Source of the DNA: Verrucomicrobiaceae bacterium
GTDB taxonomy: Bacteria; Verrucomicrobiota; Verrucomicrobiia; Verrucomicrobiales; Akkermansiaceae
Assembly: GCA_051252135.1 (NCBI GenBank)
Contig: JBPOGH010000002.1
Span: 256,001-320,000 of the forward strand
DNA length: 64,000 nucleotides
Reading direction: 5' to 3'
Of this stretch, positions 1 through 9,677 are shown in pieces (positions within the stretch are counted from its first letter, which is position 1; each line of letters begins with the position of its first letter). The notes beneath the pieces are model-generated. The model was not told where the DNA came from. It searched no databases and saw only the letters and a list, made by a program, of their open reading frames with translations. The translations under genes were made by a program, and so were the position numbers.

Positions 1-194
1 GTGGCGCGTTCGACCGTCTGGACCTTGGAGACATCGGCATCGATGAACGGCTTGTCGGGAAGGTCGACGCGGCGGAATTTGAAACCGTGGCCTTCTGGGG
101 CGGGTTTGAGGGTGAGGCTGACTTTTTCTCCGGTGTGGAGAGAGGTTCCTTCCAGAGTGGCTTCGCTCGCGAGAGTGTGCTCCATGTGGGACAT
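1..194 (-). CDS. lpxC: UDP-3-O-acyl-GlcNAc deacetylase LpxC, N-terminal part (runs off the window edge; may be an LpxC/FabZ fusion)
   Basis: Not in the ORF track. Manual translation from ATG 194: MSHMEHTLASEATLEGTSLHTGEKVSLTLKPAPEGHGFKFRRVDLPDKPFIDADVSKVQTVERAT, matching the LpxC N-terminal pattern (TL..G..LH.G..V.L.L.PA....G..F.R.DL). Confidence 0.88.
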   Translation of the reverse strand, partial: MSHMEHTLASEATLEGTSLHTGEKVSLTLKPAPEGHGFKFRRVDLPDKPFIDADVSKVQTVERA

Positions 195-311
195 GCGCAG
201 GCTTTTAGAGGCCTAATCCTGATCGGTCGAGGGATATTAATCACGGGGATTGTTTCGCGAGAAAATGATTTTCGGGTTGGGGAAAGCAAGTAAGCTGATT
301 TCAATCTCGCC

Positions 312-1067
312 ATGGCAAAGCTGCAGGAAATCGTGGAATATTTGGACAAGGAACTCAGGACGTTGGAGATTCCGGATTATGGTGGTGCGATGAATGGGTT
401 GCAGCTTGAGAATAATGGGACTGTGACAAAGGTGGCTGCAGCAGTGGACGCCAGCCGGGAAGTCGTGAATCGGGCGTTGGGCGAAGGGGCGGACTTACTG
501 ATTGTTCATCACGGGATGTTCTGGCAGGGAGCCAGGCCAATTCGCGGAGCCATTTATGAAAAGTTGAGCAGGGCGATGGCGGGCAACCTGGCAATCTACA
601 GTTCGCATATCCCTCTGGATGTTCATCCCCAGTGGGGGAATAACGCGATTTTGGCCGGGGAACTTGGGATGATTGAGCAGGAGCCGTTTTTTGATTGGAA
701 GGGGATCCAGCTGGGAATCAAGGGGCGATTCGACGGCAATCTGGGTGCCCTTTCAAGGAAGCTGGAAGGGGTCTTGGGAGGTGGGGTTCTACTGAGGGGA
801 AATGTTGAGGAGGAATGCGGCGCAATCGGGTTGATTACGGGAGGGGCGGGGAGCGAGGTGGAAGCCGTTGCCGCTCTGGGAATCGATACCTTTATTACCG
901 GGGAAGGTCCCCACTGGAGTTCTCCGCTGGCAGAAGAAATGGGAGTGAACCTCCTCTATGGCGGGCACTATGCAACAGAGGTTTTTGGTGTCCAATCTGT
1001 CGTTAAGGTCCTGAGGGACAACTGGAACCTTGAATCTTGTTTCATTGATGCTCCGACAAATCTCTAA
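312..1067 (+). CDS. Nif3-like dinuclear metal center protein (YbgI/YqfO family)
   Basis: Motifs NGLQ, AVDA, LLIVHHG, YSSHIPLDVHP..GNN, GHYATE. Confidence 0.93.
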   Translation: MAKLQEIVEYLDKELRTLEIPDYGGAMNGLQLENNGTVTKVAAAVDASREVVNRALGEGADLLIVHHGMFWQGARPIRGAIYEKLSRAMAGNLAIYSSHIPLDVHPQWGNNAILAGELGMIEQEPFFDWKGIQLGIKGRFDGNLGALSRKLEGVLGGGVLLRGNVEEECGAIGLITGGAGSEVEAVAALGIDTFITGEGPHWSSPLAEEMGVNLLYGGHYATEVFGVQSVVKVLRDNWNLESCFIDAPTNL

Positions 1068-1142
1068 ACCCGATCAAGATGTTATGATTGAAGTTAATGC
1101 CCAACCTGCCCCAAAAGAATGCATTCACCGCCAAAAAAAGGC

Positions 1143-1171
1143 TTGCGCTGGGAAGGGCTGGGCCGTAAAAC
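1143..1171 (+). promoter_or_regulatory. Putative sigma70 promoter of tRNA-Gly
   Basis: TTGCGC-17bp-TAAAAC preceded by an A-tract, 13 nt upstream of the tRNA. Confidence 0.4.
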
Positions 1172-1184
1172 GTCTTTAAGTTTC

Positions 1185-1255
1185 GCGGGTATAGCTTAAT
1201 GGTAAAGCTCCAGCCTTCCAAGCTGATCATGAGGGTTCGATTCCCTCTACCCGCT
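1185..1255 (+). tRNA. tRNA-Gly (anticodon TCC), CCA not encoded
   Basis: Cloverleaf: acceptor GCGGGTA/TACCCGC, D arm GCTT/AAGC, anticodon loop CTTCCAA, T arm GAGGG-TTCGATT-CCCTC. Confidence 0.97.
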
Positions 1256-1307
1256 TATTGAAAACCTTTTAGAACCCAAATAATCACCCTAAAAAGAATC
1301 CAAACCA

Positions 1308-1892
1308 ATGAAAAATACGCTTAAATTCGCGCTTACGGCAGTTCTTCTTGCTGCTGCGCCTCTCGCTTCGGCTGAGGCCATTGACTGCGTCAAAGTCAGC
1401 TCCACGGTCAAAGCTGCTGTTGCAGCCGACTCCGGGAAGGTCCTTGAAATTGTCGCCAAGCAGGTTGCTGCCAACGAATCTTGCGCATGCGAGGTTGTGA
1501 AAGCTGCCATCATCGCATCCGATGCAGACAAGGCCGTTGTTGCTCAGATCGTCGACACAGCTATCCTTGAAGCTCCGTCCATGCTGCAGATCATCGCACA
1601 GTGCGCGATTGCGGTTGCGCCCGATGCTATTTCCAATGTTCAGGCTGTAGTTGAAAAATACGATGCTGCTGGCGGTGAAGGTTACTCTGAAAAAGGTGGC
1701 CTTGAAAAAGGTGTCATTGAGCCCGTTGCCGTTGAAAAGCCCAACCCATTGGATTTCCCCGGCGGTAAGCCAGGCGACCCTGTTGGTCCCCGTCCAGGCA
1801 ACCCTGGTGGATTCACGGTCATCCCACCAATTCTTCCTCCAGTCATTCCACCCATCGTGACTCCTCCGACCACTACCAGTATCGGCGGTTAA
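1308..1892 (+). CDS. Secreted Ala/Val-rich helical protein with Pro-rich C-terminal tail
   Basis: Signal peptide MKNTLKFALTAVLLAAAPLASA; repeated helical segments; tail PPILPPVIPPIVTPPTTT; first gene of the EPS export cluster. Confidence 0.8.
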   Translation: MKNTLKFALTAVLLAAAPLASAEAIDCVKVSSTVKAAVAADSGKVLEIVAKQVAANESCACEVVKAAIIASDADKAVVAQIVDTAILEAPSMLQIIAQCAIAVAPDAISNVQAVVEKYDAAGGEGYSEKGGLEKGVIEPVAVEKPNPLDFPGGKPGDPVGPRPGNPGGFTVIPPILPPVIPPIVTPPTTTSIGG

Positions 1893-1909
1893 TAATTGCT
1901 TTCTCGTTG

Positions 1910-1931
1910 TTCCGGTGATTTGTCACCGGAA
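1910..1931 (+). terminator. Stem-loop between the first two EPS-cluster genes (partial terminator or mRNA stabiliser)
   Basis: ttccggtga-tttg-tcaccggaa perfect 9-bp stem; no U-tract. Confidence 0.5.
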
Positions 1932-1965
1932 TGCTGAAGCCTAAATAACTTAAAAATAATATTAA

Positions 1966-3171
1966 ATGAAACGATTTGCAATTACAGCGCTCGGCCTCGC
2001 TTCCGCAGGCTCCCTTTGCGCGCAATCACTTTTTGATCTTGCGCCAGGTGATGAGACCAACGAGTCCATCCCTTTGACTTGGACTCTCTCTGCGGGTCTT
2101 GGTTATGATGACAACCCTACGCCCACGCTTGCTGGAACTTCCAGTTCAACGTATGCTACCGGGCAAATTGGTGCATCATTCCTCAGTCAGACACCACAGT
2201 CCACGCTGGAGTTTTTCGCTCGGGTAGGAGTGATTCACTATCTTGATACTCTGCCTCCAGGGGTCGATGAGACCACTTACACTGCCGGACTCGGAGTGAA
2301 CTGGACCCATCGGGTGAGTGAGCGCGTGCGTCTCTCAAGCCGCAACTACATCACCCACGAACTTGAGCCAGACTTCGCCTCCGGAATTTCCGGGGCCCGT
2401 CAGTTGGGTTCGTATACTCGTTATGCTTCGGACAACGCCATCGGATACCGTTGGTCAGAGCGTCTTGGAACATACACAGGTGTGACTTTTGATGGCACCA
2501 CCTATGATGATGCTCCTGCTGCAGACGTTGAAAGCGTGACTTTCTACAACGACTTCCGTTACCAGCTTAGCCCGCAGACCGTAGCTACATTGACCTACCG
2601 CTATTCAGAGCGTGACGTAGTGGGAACTGCAGATTCAACCAACCACTTCATCCTTGCCGGTCTCGAGCATCGCTTCAGCCCAAATACCATTGGTATTCTT
2701 CGCGCAGGTGTTCAGAAGCGTGAGGTTGATGGTGTTCCTTTTGCAGATGGAACCAGCCCAAGTCTTGAAGCCGCACTTCGTTCACAGATCAACGAGCAGT
2801 TCTCTGTTCGTGCCTATGCTCGTTACGGTGTGGAAGATTACGGACGATTCATCGGCGGATTGCAGTATGCCGATACCGAGACCCTGCGTCTTGGCATCAC
2901 CGGTAACTACCGCGTCTCTGAAGCACTTAGTCTTCGTGCAGGTGTGAACTACCAGGACATTGGCTATGAAAATCTTATTGCTGGTCCAGTAGGGACACCT
3001 CTCAGCGCTGAAGAAGATTTGATTAACGTGTTCCTCGGCTTCGACCTCAAGGTTGCTGACAACATGTGGGTCACGGGAACCTACAACTTCGAGGACCTTG
3101 GTTCTGATGTTGCGGCAGCCCGTAACTATGATCGAAACAAGATCAACCTCGGCGTCCGCGCCGAGTTCTAA
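1966..3171 (+). CDS. Outer-membrane beta-barrel protein associated with polysaccharide export (EpsL/WzpB-like)
   Basis: Signal peptide, alternating amphipathic strands, C-terminal NLGVRAEF (terminal Phe); next to wzc and wza. Confidence 0.8.
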   Translation: MKRFAITALGLASAGSLCAQSLFDLAPGDETNESIPLTWTLSAGLGYDDNPTPTLAGTSSSTYATGQIGASFLSQTPQSTLEFFARVGVIHYLDTLPPGVDETTYTAGLGVNWTHRVSERVRLSSRNYITHELEPDFASGISGARQLGSYTRYASDNAIGYRWSERLGTYTGVTFDGTTYDDAPAADVESVTFYNDFRYQLSPQTVATLTYRYSERDVVGTADSTNHFILAGLEHRFSPNTIGILRAGVQKREVDGVPFADGTSPSLEAALRSQINEQFSVRAYARYGVEDYGRFIGGLQYADTETLRLGITGNYRVSEALSLRAGVNYQDIGYENLIAGPVGTPLSAEEDLINVFLGFDLKVADNMWVTGTYNFEDLGSDVAAARNYDRNKINLGVRAEF

Positions 3172-3201
3172 AATTTTCAGCATCAAATACTGAACATTTT
3201 C

Positions 3202-3239
3202 ACTCTCGCAATGTCTTTACATTGCGAGAGTTCTTTTTT
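3202..3239 (+). terminator. Rho-independent terminator
   Basis: actctcgcaatgt-cttt-acattgcgagagt followed by tctttttt. Confidence 0.8.
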
Positions 3240-3298
3240 GTGGGTAGTTAACTCCATCACTCGAACGAATCAACAATCACCACCCAAGCAAATCTAAG

Positions 3299-5476
3299 AT
3301 GCAATCCAAGGGACAACAGCCAACTGACTTCGGTCATTCAATCGATTACTGGCAAGTAATCAAAAATCGCTACGGGGTAATTCTACTTACCTTCCTTCTC
3401 GTTTTCATGACGGCGGCAGTCATCACCTCGGTGATGCCCCGGAAGTATGAGAGCACATCGGTTGTGCAGGTTCATCCCTCGATGATTGCAATTAGTCCGA
3501 CTGGACGTGCTAACAACACAGCGAATCCGGGAACGATGATGACCCGGCATTACATGGAGAATGAATTCGAGTCGATTATTGCGCCCCAAACGCTTTCCGA
3601 AGCCGCAGTCGCAATTGATCTCGAAAGCAGGTGGGACCTGGACCTCGAGGGTTCGGTTGACGTGTTGAAAAAGATCGTGCAGGCGGTTCCCCGTCGAGGA
3701 ACGGACTTTATTGAGATTTCGGTCCGTCATGCCAATAGTGAGGATGCAAAGGATATTGCAGAAGCAATTGCCGACGCCTACATCAACCGGCGTAACAGAA
3801 CGGAGCATAATCGCGCCAAGGAAGCGTTGGACGCACTTGACGAAGAGCTCCAGAGACACGGGGATGTTGTTCAGGAAAAGCGTAAGGCTTTGACTGTTCT
3901 TATCCAACAATACGGGATTCCCTACTTTGATGGACGGAGCTCCAGTCCGGTTGGTTTGACTGAGGAGGAAATGTACCGGAGGGCGAACTCAAAGTTGGAT
4001 CAATTGGAGCAAGATCGTAATCAGCTGGAGATTCAGATTAAGCGCCTTGTTAGCACTTCGCCGGATGATTTGATTCGGACGGCTGCAGGCCTGGAGCTTC
4101 CTGAGAACCAAGTGAGTAATCTCTATAACGAGTATCTTAAGACGAAGAGGAATCGTGAATCTGCGATTGCCAGTGGTCTTGGTCCAAATCACCCAACGGT
4201 CAAATCTCTCGATGGGATTGCGATCAATCTGATGAAGGATGCTGAAAAGGAAGTGACGTCCTTGAAAGAGGTTCTGAATACCCGCCTGAATCTGGTAGAC
4301 CGTCAGGTTGAGAGAATGCGCGAAATGGTGAAGGTTAAGAAGGATGACACGGTTGATCTCTCGATGCAGCAGCATCAGTACAACTCCGCCAAGGAAGAGT
4401 ATGAACAGGCCCGGGACCTTCTCCGTGCGATGAAGATTCAACAACAGGAGCAGCGGGTGCTGTTGAGAATGCCCCGTACTCCAATCACCCTTCATGAGCT
4501 TCCGAAGCTCGCAAAGTCTCCAGTTTTCCCCAATGTGACATTGAATTTGCTTTTGGGGGCTGGTGTTGGTCTGATCTTTGGAGTTGGTATCGCGTTCCTT
4601 CTGGAGCACCTGGATACCTCTGTTAAGAGTCTTGAAGATGTTGAGCGTTATCTTCAGGTCCCGGTTCTCGCGGTGATCCCCAAAGATGTTGGCGTCCTTC
4701 ACAAGCAGAGCGGCATGAGCCCTGATGCTGAGGCTTATCGAATTCTGCGAACCAATATTGAGTTCAACCGCAAGAACCCAGAGGACAACTCCATTACGGT
4801 TGTTTCCGGTGGCGCGGGTGAAGGTAAATCAACGACCCTAGTCAACCTTGCATACGTTTGTGCGCAGGGTGGATATACCACCCTGATGATCGATGCCGAC
4901 CTTCGTCGTCCTCGTCTTCACACATTCTTCGACATCAATAACTCGGTTGGCCTGACGAATTATCTGACGACCGATTTGGCTCTAGAAGATGTCATCTTGC
5001 AGACACCTGTGGACAACCTCTACTTCCTCCCGTCGGGAATTTTGCCTGCGGATGCCGCAGGAATCCTGAACTCCCGCCGTATGTCGGAGCTTCTACAAGA
5101 TGTTAAGCAGCGCTTCGACCTGGTCTTGGTGGACAGTCCTCCAATTCTTGGTGTGAGTGATGCAGCGGTGCTTGCGAGTGAGGTTGATCTGACCATGGTT
5201 GTCGTTCAGCACCGGAAGCTTCCCCGGAACATGCTGCTTCGAGTTAAGCAAGCAGTTGAAAATGTGGGTGGGCAGGTTATTGGTGTTGTGTTGAACAACG
5301 TTGATGTCCGAAGTGACAGCCAGTATCAATATTACACGAGCTACTACACCTATTATGCACCTAGTGCGATGGATGAGAATACGGCTCCGGCAAATTCGGC
5401 GCCAGTCGAGTCACCGGCCCAATCCATGCCATCCCAAAAAACACCCCCCAAAGGAGGAGGGGATGATCTTTACTAG
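3299..5476 (+). CDS. wzc: Polysaccharide co-polymerase / BY tyrosine autokinase (Wzc family)
   Basis: Two TM helices flanking a coiled coil; AEAYRILRTNI, Walker A GAGEGKST, IDADLRRP, VLVDSPP, C-terminal Tyr cluster YQYYTSYYTYY. Confidence 0.93.
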   Translation: MQSKGQQPTDFGHSIDYWQVIKNRYGVILLTFLLVFMTAAVITSVMPRKYESTSVVQVHPSMIAISPTGRANNTANPGTMMTRHYMENEFESIIAPQTLSEAAVAIDLESRWDLDLEGSVDVLKKIVQAVPRRGTDFIEISVRHANSEDAKDIAEAIADAYINRRNRTEHNRAKEALDALDEELQRHGDVVQEKRKALTVLIQQYGIPYFDGRSSSPVGLTEEEMYRRANSKLDQLEQDRNQLEIQIKRLVSTSPDDLIRTAAGLELPENQVSNLYNEYLKTKRNRESAIASGLGPNHPTVKSLDGIAINLMKDAEKEVTSLKEVLNTRLNLVDRQVERMREMVKVKKDDTVDLSMQQHQYNSAKEEYEQARDLLRAMKIQQQEQRVLLRMPRTPITLHELPKLAKSPVFPNVTLNLLLGAGVGLIFGVGIAFLLEHLDTSVKSLEDVERYLQVPVLAVIPKDVGVLHKQSGMSPDAEAYRILRTNIEFNRKNPEDNSITVVSGGAGEGKSTTLVNLAYVCAQGGYTTLMIDADLRRPRLHTFFDINNSVGLTNYLTTDLALEDVILQTPVDNLYFLPSGILPADAAGILNSRRMSELLQDVKQRFDLVLVDSPPILGVSDAAVLASEVDLTMVVVQHRKLPRNMLLRVKQAVENVGGQVIGVVLNNVDVRSDSQYQYYTSYYTYYAPSAMDENTAPANSAPVESPAQSMPSQKTPPKGGGDDLY

Positions 5477-5508
5477 AATCCTCCGACCATTAGAACAGAC
5501 CACTTATT

Positions 5509-6066
5509 ATGATGAAAACCCTACTTACCTCGCTACTTCTCCTATTGACGGTTTTTACCGCCAGTGCACAGATTAGAGTGAACCAGACTCTGCAAATCAC
5601 GATCCAAGGAGTTCCCCCTGAGGAACAGGCCCGGCTGAATACTACCGTTCAGGTATCTTCCAGCGGGACATTCAACATGTGGGAAATTGGAGTTGTTCGT
5701 GCGGCCGGGCTCACACCGGACGCTTTGGGACGTAACTTGTCTGCGGCTTATAAAGCCCGGGGCATTTATACGAATCCAACATTTCACGTAATGGCCCCCA
5801 GTGACAATGGTTTGGTTAACAAAATGTTTACCGTTGGTGGTGAGGTTAAGGGTTCCGGTCCAAAGCCTTATAGCAATGGAATGACGCTCTTTGGTGCGAT
5901 TCAGGCAGCTGGTGGTGAAACTCCCTTTGGAGCGATCACTCGGGTGAAGCTTTACCGAAATGGCAAAGTGCGCACCTTCAACCTCAAGAATGACCAAGAT
6001 AAGGGATTCCAGATTCGCCCGGATGACATGATTGAAGTCCCCCAGAAAAACTGGATGGGCCGATAA
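5509..6066 (+). CDS. Short polysaccharide export protein (OPX/Wza-like; Poly_export + SLBB)
   Basis: Signal peptide; G...M..IG.V.AAGLT; VGGEVK..G....GMTL..AI.AAGG; only 185 aa. Confidence 0.85.
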   Translation: MMKTLLTSLLLLLTVFTASAQIRVNQTLQITIQGVPPEEQARLNTTVQVSSSGTFNMWEIGVVRAAGLTPDALGRNLSAAYKARGIYTNPTFHVMAPSDNGLVNKMFTVGGEVKGSGPKPYSNGMTLFGAIQAAGGETPFGAITRVKLYRNGKVRTFNLKNDQDKGFQIRPDDMIEVPQKNWMGR

Positions 6067-6099
6067 TTGGTTCTCTTTTGCGATTCAATTCGATTTTAG

Positions 6100-6128
6100 G
6101 CCGTTTGCGGAGACGCAAACGGCTTTTT
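6100..6128 (+). terminator. Rho-independent terminator
   Basis: gccgtttgcg-gaga-cgcaaacggc-ttttt. Confidence 0.85.
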
Positions 6129-6232
6129 CTTGAGCTGAGCCAAACCGATCCAGTCAAAAGACGTGGACAGTTGGACCCTTTTGGGCGATTTTTAGGCAGA
6201 CGCATTTTGGATCCGTTCACCCCTTGAAACTC

Positions 6233-8461
6233 ATGATGAAGACTCTCAGATGGGCGCTTGCCCCGATCACAGCAATATGGCTCTTGCCAAGCTGCAGCTC
6301 CCAAGCTGCTGATTTTGATCTCGTTGGACTGGAAGTCTCGCGTCTTTTGCAGAACGGGCACTACGCGCGGATGCCCTTTGATCAGAAATTGAGTGAACGG
6401 ATATTCGATGATCTCATTCATGATCTTGATCCCTCCCGGTTCTACTTTGTTCAGGCTGATATTGACGAATTGTCACAGAAGTATCGCTCCCGCGTGACTG
6501 AATTGCTGGTGAACAAGCAATCGATGGCAATGGCCACCGAGATCTACGAGCGGTATCAGCAGCGTGCGGGTGAAAGGGTGGCGAAAATTAAGGAAATTCT
6601 TAAAGGGGATGAATTTACCTTCGATGGAGATCGAAGTGTGATGCGTGATCGGGAGGAGGCGCCTTGGCCGAAGGATGAGGCCGAAGCAACCGAGGTACTC
6701 AGACGTCAGCTAGAGGCTTCACTTCTGGGTGAACAGCTCCGTCGTGACGAGATTGAAAAGCGGGCTTTGGAGCAGGGAAAGGATAGTCCGCTTGGGAAAG
6801 AACTGGCCCCCCGGGAGAAGATTATTCAACGCTACGAGCGGGTTCTTCAGACGATTGAAAAAGTAGATCAAGAGGATATTGCCAACTATATGTTCAGTGC
6901 GGTGGCGCGGGCCCACGATCCCCACACCGAGTACTTTAGCGCGAGGGAGCTGGATCAGTTTCGTGTTGGAATCAGCAACAAGCTTATTGGCATCGGGGCG
7001 TTACTCAGGGCGGAGGATGATGGGGCTACCAAGATTGATGGGATCGTCAATAACGGACCCGCTGACAAGGAAGGGACTCTTCAGCTTGGTGATCGTGTGA
7101 TTGCGGTAGACTCGCTCAATGACAATAACTGGACGGACATCATGTTTCTACCGATCGATAAGGTCGTGGAGCTGATCAGAGGGGAAGCCGATACCGAAGT
7201 GGGACTCAAGGTAGAACCGGCCGGTGGTGCAGGGGGGGAGACCCGTGTCATTGTGATCAAGCGGGAGCAGGTTGATATGAAGGAGGAGCAGACATCTGCC
7301 GAGGTGATTGACTATCTTGAGGGTGGGAAAAAGCAGCGACTTGGGGTGATCCGGATTCCCCAATTCTATTTTGATAGCGATGATTGGTCGCGTAACGTTT
7401 CGGTGCATGTTGAAAAGCTGATTAAGCGTCTCAAGAAGGAAGACATCGACGGGATGATTGTTGATATCCGGGGAAATGGTGGAGGGTCGTTGGACGAGGT
7501 GCGCCGAATGACCGGATTCTTCAACGGGAGAAGTCCCGTGGTGCAGATTAAGAAGACCAGCGGCCATATTGAGTCCCTCAATGCAGGCGGTCGAAAGCCT
7601 CTTTATGAGGGGCCCATGGTGGTTCTCACCGATAAGGGAAGTGCATCGGCCAGCGAAATTTTGGCTGGAGCACTCCAAGATTACAATCGTGCTGTTATCG
7701 TGGGGAGTGCGAATACTTTTGGGAAAGGCACAGTGCAGCAGCCCATTCCGATCGGCGATTATATGCCGGTGTGGAGTGATCGTGACCGTGCGGGCGCGCT
7801 GAAGCTCACGATTCAGAAGTATTATCGACCTTCCGGGAGTTCGACCCAAATTGATGGGGTGAAGCCGGATATTCATCTGCCAGCTCTCACTGATGTGATT
7901 GAGGTGGGAGAAGAGCATGCACGGCATGCCTTGAAGCACGACATCATCCGAAAGGCGGCTGAATTCAACCCATTTCCAAAGGAGAATCTTTTTCTGCCGG
8001 TGTTGATTGAAAAGAGCAGCAAACGTGTGGAAGCCAACCCCGAATACACGTACATCCGCGAGGATATGGAGCGGGTGAAACAGCGGATCGAGGAAAATAG
8101 AATCTCGCTAAACAAGGAGAAGCGGGTCGCAGAGACTGCCGAATTGGATGAGAAACGTAAGGCTCGAAACAAGGCTCGCCGTGAGCGTTTCACCAAGATG
8201 GAGGAAGAGGATAAGAAAAGGTTTACGATCTACCGGTTGTCCCTCGACGACCTCGATTCGGAAGTGTTGCCCAAGGTGTCATCCGAGGATGAGGATGATG
8301 AGCACATGCGTCGGGCAAAAGATGAAATTGCCGATCTTGACGATACTCCCGAGTGGCCCAGCGGAATTGATGCCGGTAAGAGAGAAGGGCTCGCGGTGCT
8401 GAGTGATTTGGTTGAGCTGGTGCGCTCAGCGAAGACGGCGGGAACTTTTAGAACGCGGTGA
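6233..8461 (+). CDS. prc: Carboxy-terminal processing protease (Prc/Tsp, S41A), possible lipoprotein
   Basis: DPHTEY, PDZ (GIGA..GPAD), DIRGNGGGSL, SASASEILAGALQDY, TFGKGTVQ; LLPSC lipobox-like. Start set at ATG 6233. Confidence 0.93.
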   Translation: MMKTLRWALAPITAIWLLPSCSSQAADFDLVGLEVSRLLQNGHYARMPFDQKLSERIFDDLIHDLDPSRFYFVQADIDELSQKYRSRVTELLVNKQSMAMATEIYERYQQRAGERVAKIKEILKGDEFTFDGDRSVMRDREEAPWPKDEAEATEVLRRQLEASLLGEQLRRDEIEKRALEQGKDSPLGKELAPREKIIQRYERVLQTIEKVDQEDIANYMFSAVARAHDPHTEYFSARELDQFRVGISNKLIGIGALLRAEDDGATKIDGIVNNGPADKEGTLQLGDRVIAVDSLNDNNWTDIMFLPIDKVVELIRGEADTEVGLKVEPAGGAGGETRVIVIKREQVDMKEEQTSAEVIDYLEGGKKQRLGVIRIPQFYFDSDDWSRNVSVHVEKLIKRLKKEDIDGMIVDIRGNGGGSLDEVRRMTGFFNGRSPVVQIKKTSGHIESLNAGGRKPLYEGPMVVLTDKGSASASEILAGALQDYNRAVIVGSANTFGKGTVQQPIPIGDYMPVWSDRDRAGALKLTIQKYYRPSGSSTQIDGVKPDIHLPALTDVIEVGEEHARHALKHDIIRKAAEFNPFPKENLFLPVLIEKSSKRVEANPEYTYIREDMERVKQRIEENRISLNKEKRVAETAELDEKRKARNKARRERFTKMEEEDKKRFTIYRLSLDDLDSEVLPKVSSEDEDDEHMRRAKDEIADLDDTPEWPSGIDAGKREGLAVLSDLVELVRSAKTAGTFRTR

Positions 8462-9153
8462 GCATTATCTCTGAAAATTTCAAAAGCGTTCGAGAGAAGG
8501 TTGCTGCTGCGGCTGTGAAGTCCGGACGCAGTGAGGAGGAGGTGCAGCTTCTCGTTGTTTCCAAGACATGGTCTGCGGAGGTAGTTCAAGAAGTAGTGGA
8601 CCATGGGCACACCCTTTTCGGTGAGAACCGGCTCCAGGAAGGGGAGGAGAAGATTCCGGTGTTACCTCAGGAATTGGAATGGCACTTTATTGGAACCTTA
8701 CAGCGCAACAAGGTGCGGAAGGTGCTGCCGCTGTTTCCGGTGGTGCAGAGTATTTCCTCTCTCAAGTTGGCCCGTTTTACCAACCGGGTGGCGGGGGAGT
8801 TGGGGCTTCGGCCCCGAGTCTATCTGGAAATGAATCTGGGAAGGGAGGAGAGTAAACATGGCTTGGAGGAGAGGGAGTTGATTGAGCACCTGGATGAGCT
8901 TTGTGCATTGGAGCATTTGGACTGGCAGGGGTTGATGTGTATTCCTCCCCGGGCCGCGACTCCGGAGGATGGCCGGCCTTGGTTCGCCCGTCTCCGGGAG
9001 TTTCAAGAGGATGTCCGGAGGCGATCGGGGTTGGTGCTGCCAGAGATCAGTATGGGGATGAGCGGTGATTATGAAGTCGCTATCGAGGAGGGATCGACGA
9101 TGGTTCGGGTGGGTTCAGCGATCTTTGGGCAACGCGAGCCGTGGAATCCTTAA
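8458..9153 (+). CDS. yggS: PLP homeostasis protein YggS
   Basis: VSKT, FGENRLQE, WHFIGTLQRNKV, GLMCIP, SMGMSGDYEVAIEEGSTMVRVGSAIFG; GTGA overlap with prc. Confidence 0.95.
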   Translation: MSIISENFKSVREKVAAAAVKSGRSEEEVQLLVVSKTWSAEVVQEVVDHGHTLFGENRLQEGEEKIPVLPQELEWHFIGTLQRNKVRKVLPLFPVVQSISSLKLARFTNRVAGELGLRPRVYLEMNLGREESKHGLEERELIEHLDELCALEHLDWQGLMCIPPRAATPEDGRPWFARLREFQEDVRRRSGLVLPEISMGMSGDYEVAIEEGSTMVRVGSAIFGQREPWNP

Positions 9154-9158
9154 ATCAT

Positions 9159-9464
9159 ATGAGTCAAATTTCTCTCGAACAGATTGCCGTGATCGGCCCT
9201 GAATTGGCATTGGCCTGGGGCGACGGTTCGGAAAGTTATCTTCAGCTGGAGACGCTTCGTAAAGCGTGTCCTTGTGCGGCTTGCCAGGGTGAGCCCGATG
9301 TGACGGGGAAGGTGTTGATTCCGAAGGTCACCCATGATCCGGCGCGAAGCTTTGAGCTTTTACGCCACGAGATGATCGGAGGATATGCGGTCCAGCTCTG
9401 GTGGGCGGACGGGCATAGCTCCGGAATATTCAGCTATGATCTTTTGCGAAAGCTGGGGGTCTAG
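9159..9464 (+). CDS. DUF971 / GBBH N-terminal-like protein
   Basis: W.DG..S......LRKACPCAAC, GYAVQLWWADGHSSGIFSYDLL. Confidence 0.88.
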   Translation: MSQISLEQIAVIGPELALAWGDGSESYLQLETLRKACPCAACQGEPDVTGKVLIPKVTHDPARSFELLRHEMIGGYAVQLWWADGHSSGIFSYDLLRKLGV

Positions 9465-9677
9465 GGAAACGCTGCTTCAAGATGAAGCACGCTGAACGGT
9501 TTAAAGGATTTTTCAGCAAGGGAAGCTTCGCTTCCGAGGAAAGAGGTGCTGCAGCCCTTTTGGATTCTGGCGGCGTTGCTCAGGGAGCCGCTGATCATCA
9601 GCGTCACCCTTCGCGCCTTGCCAGACTTCAAAATGACTTGCAGCAGCGAACTCCCTCTTTCATCAGCGCTTCCCTAG
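9461..9677. mobile_element. MITE-like palindromic element between convergent genes
   Basis: Ends CTAGGGAAACGCTG ... CAGCGCTTCCCTAG (14-bp inverted repeat, 1 mismatch, CTAG at both ends); long imperfect internal hairpin 9540-9660. Confidence 0.65.

Noticed and set aside
1..293. Plus-strand ORFs 1..216 and 87..293
   Set aside because: Antisense to the lpxC 5' end found on the minus strand.
1185..1255. tRNA-Gly as an integration site for a genomic island
   Set aside because: I saw no integrase and no duplicated tRNA 3' end in the window; flanking genes look core.
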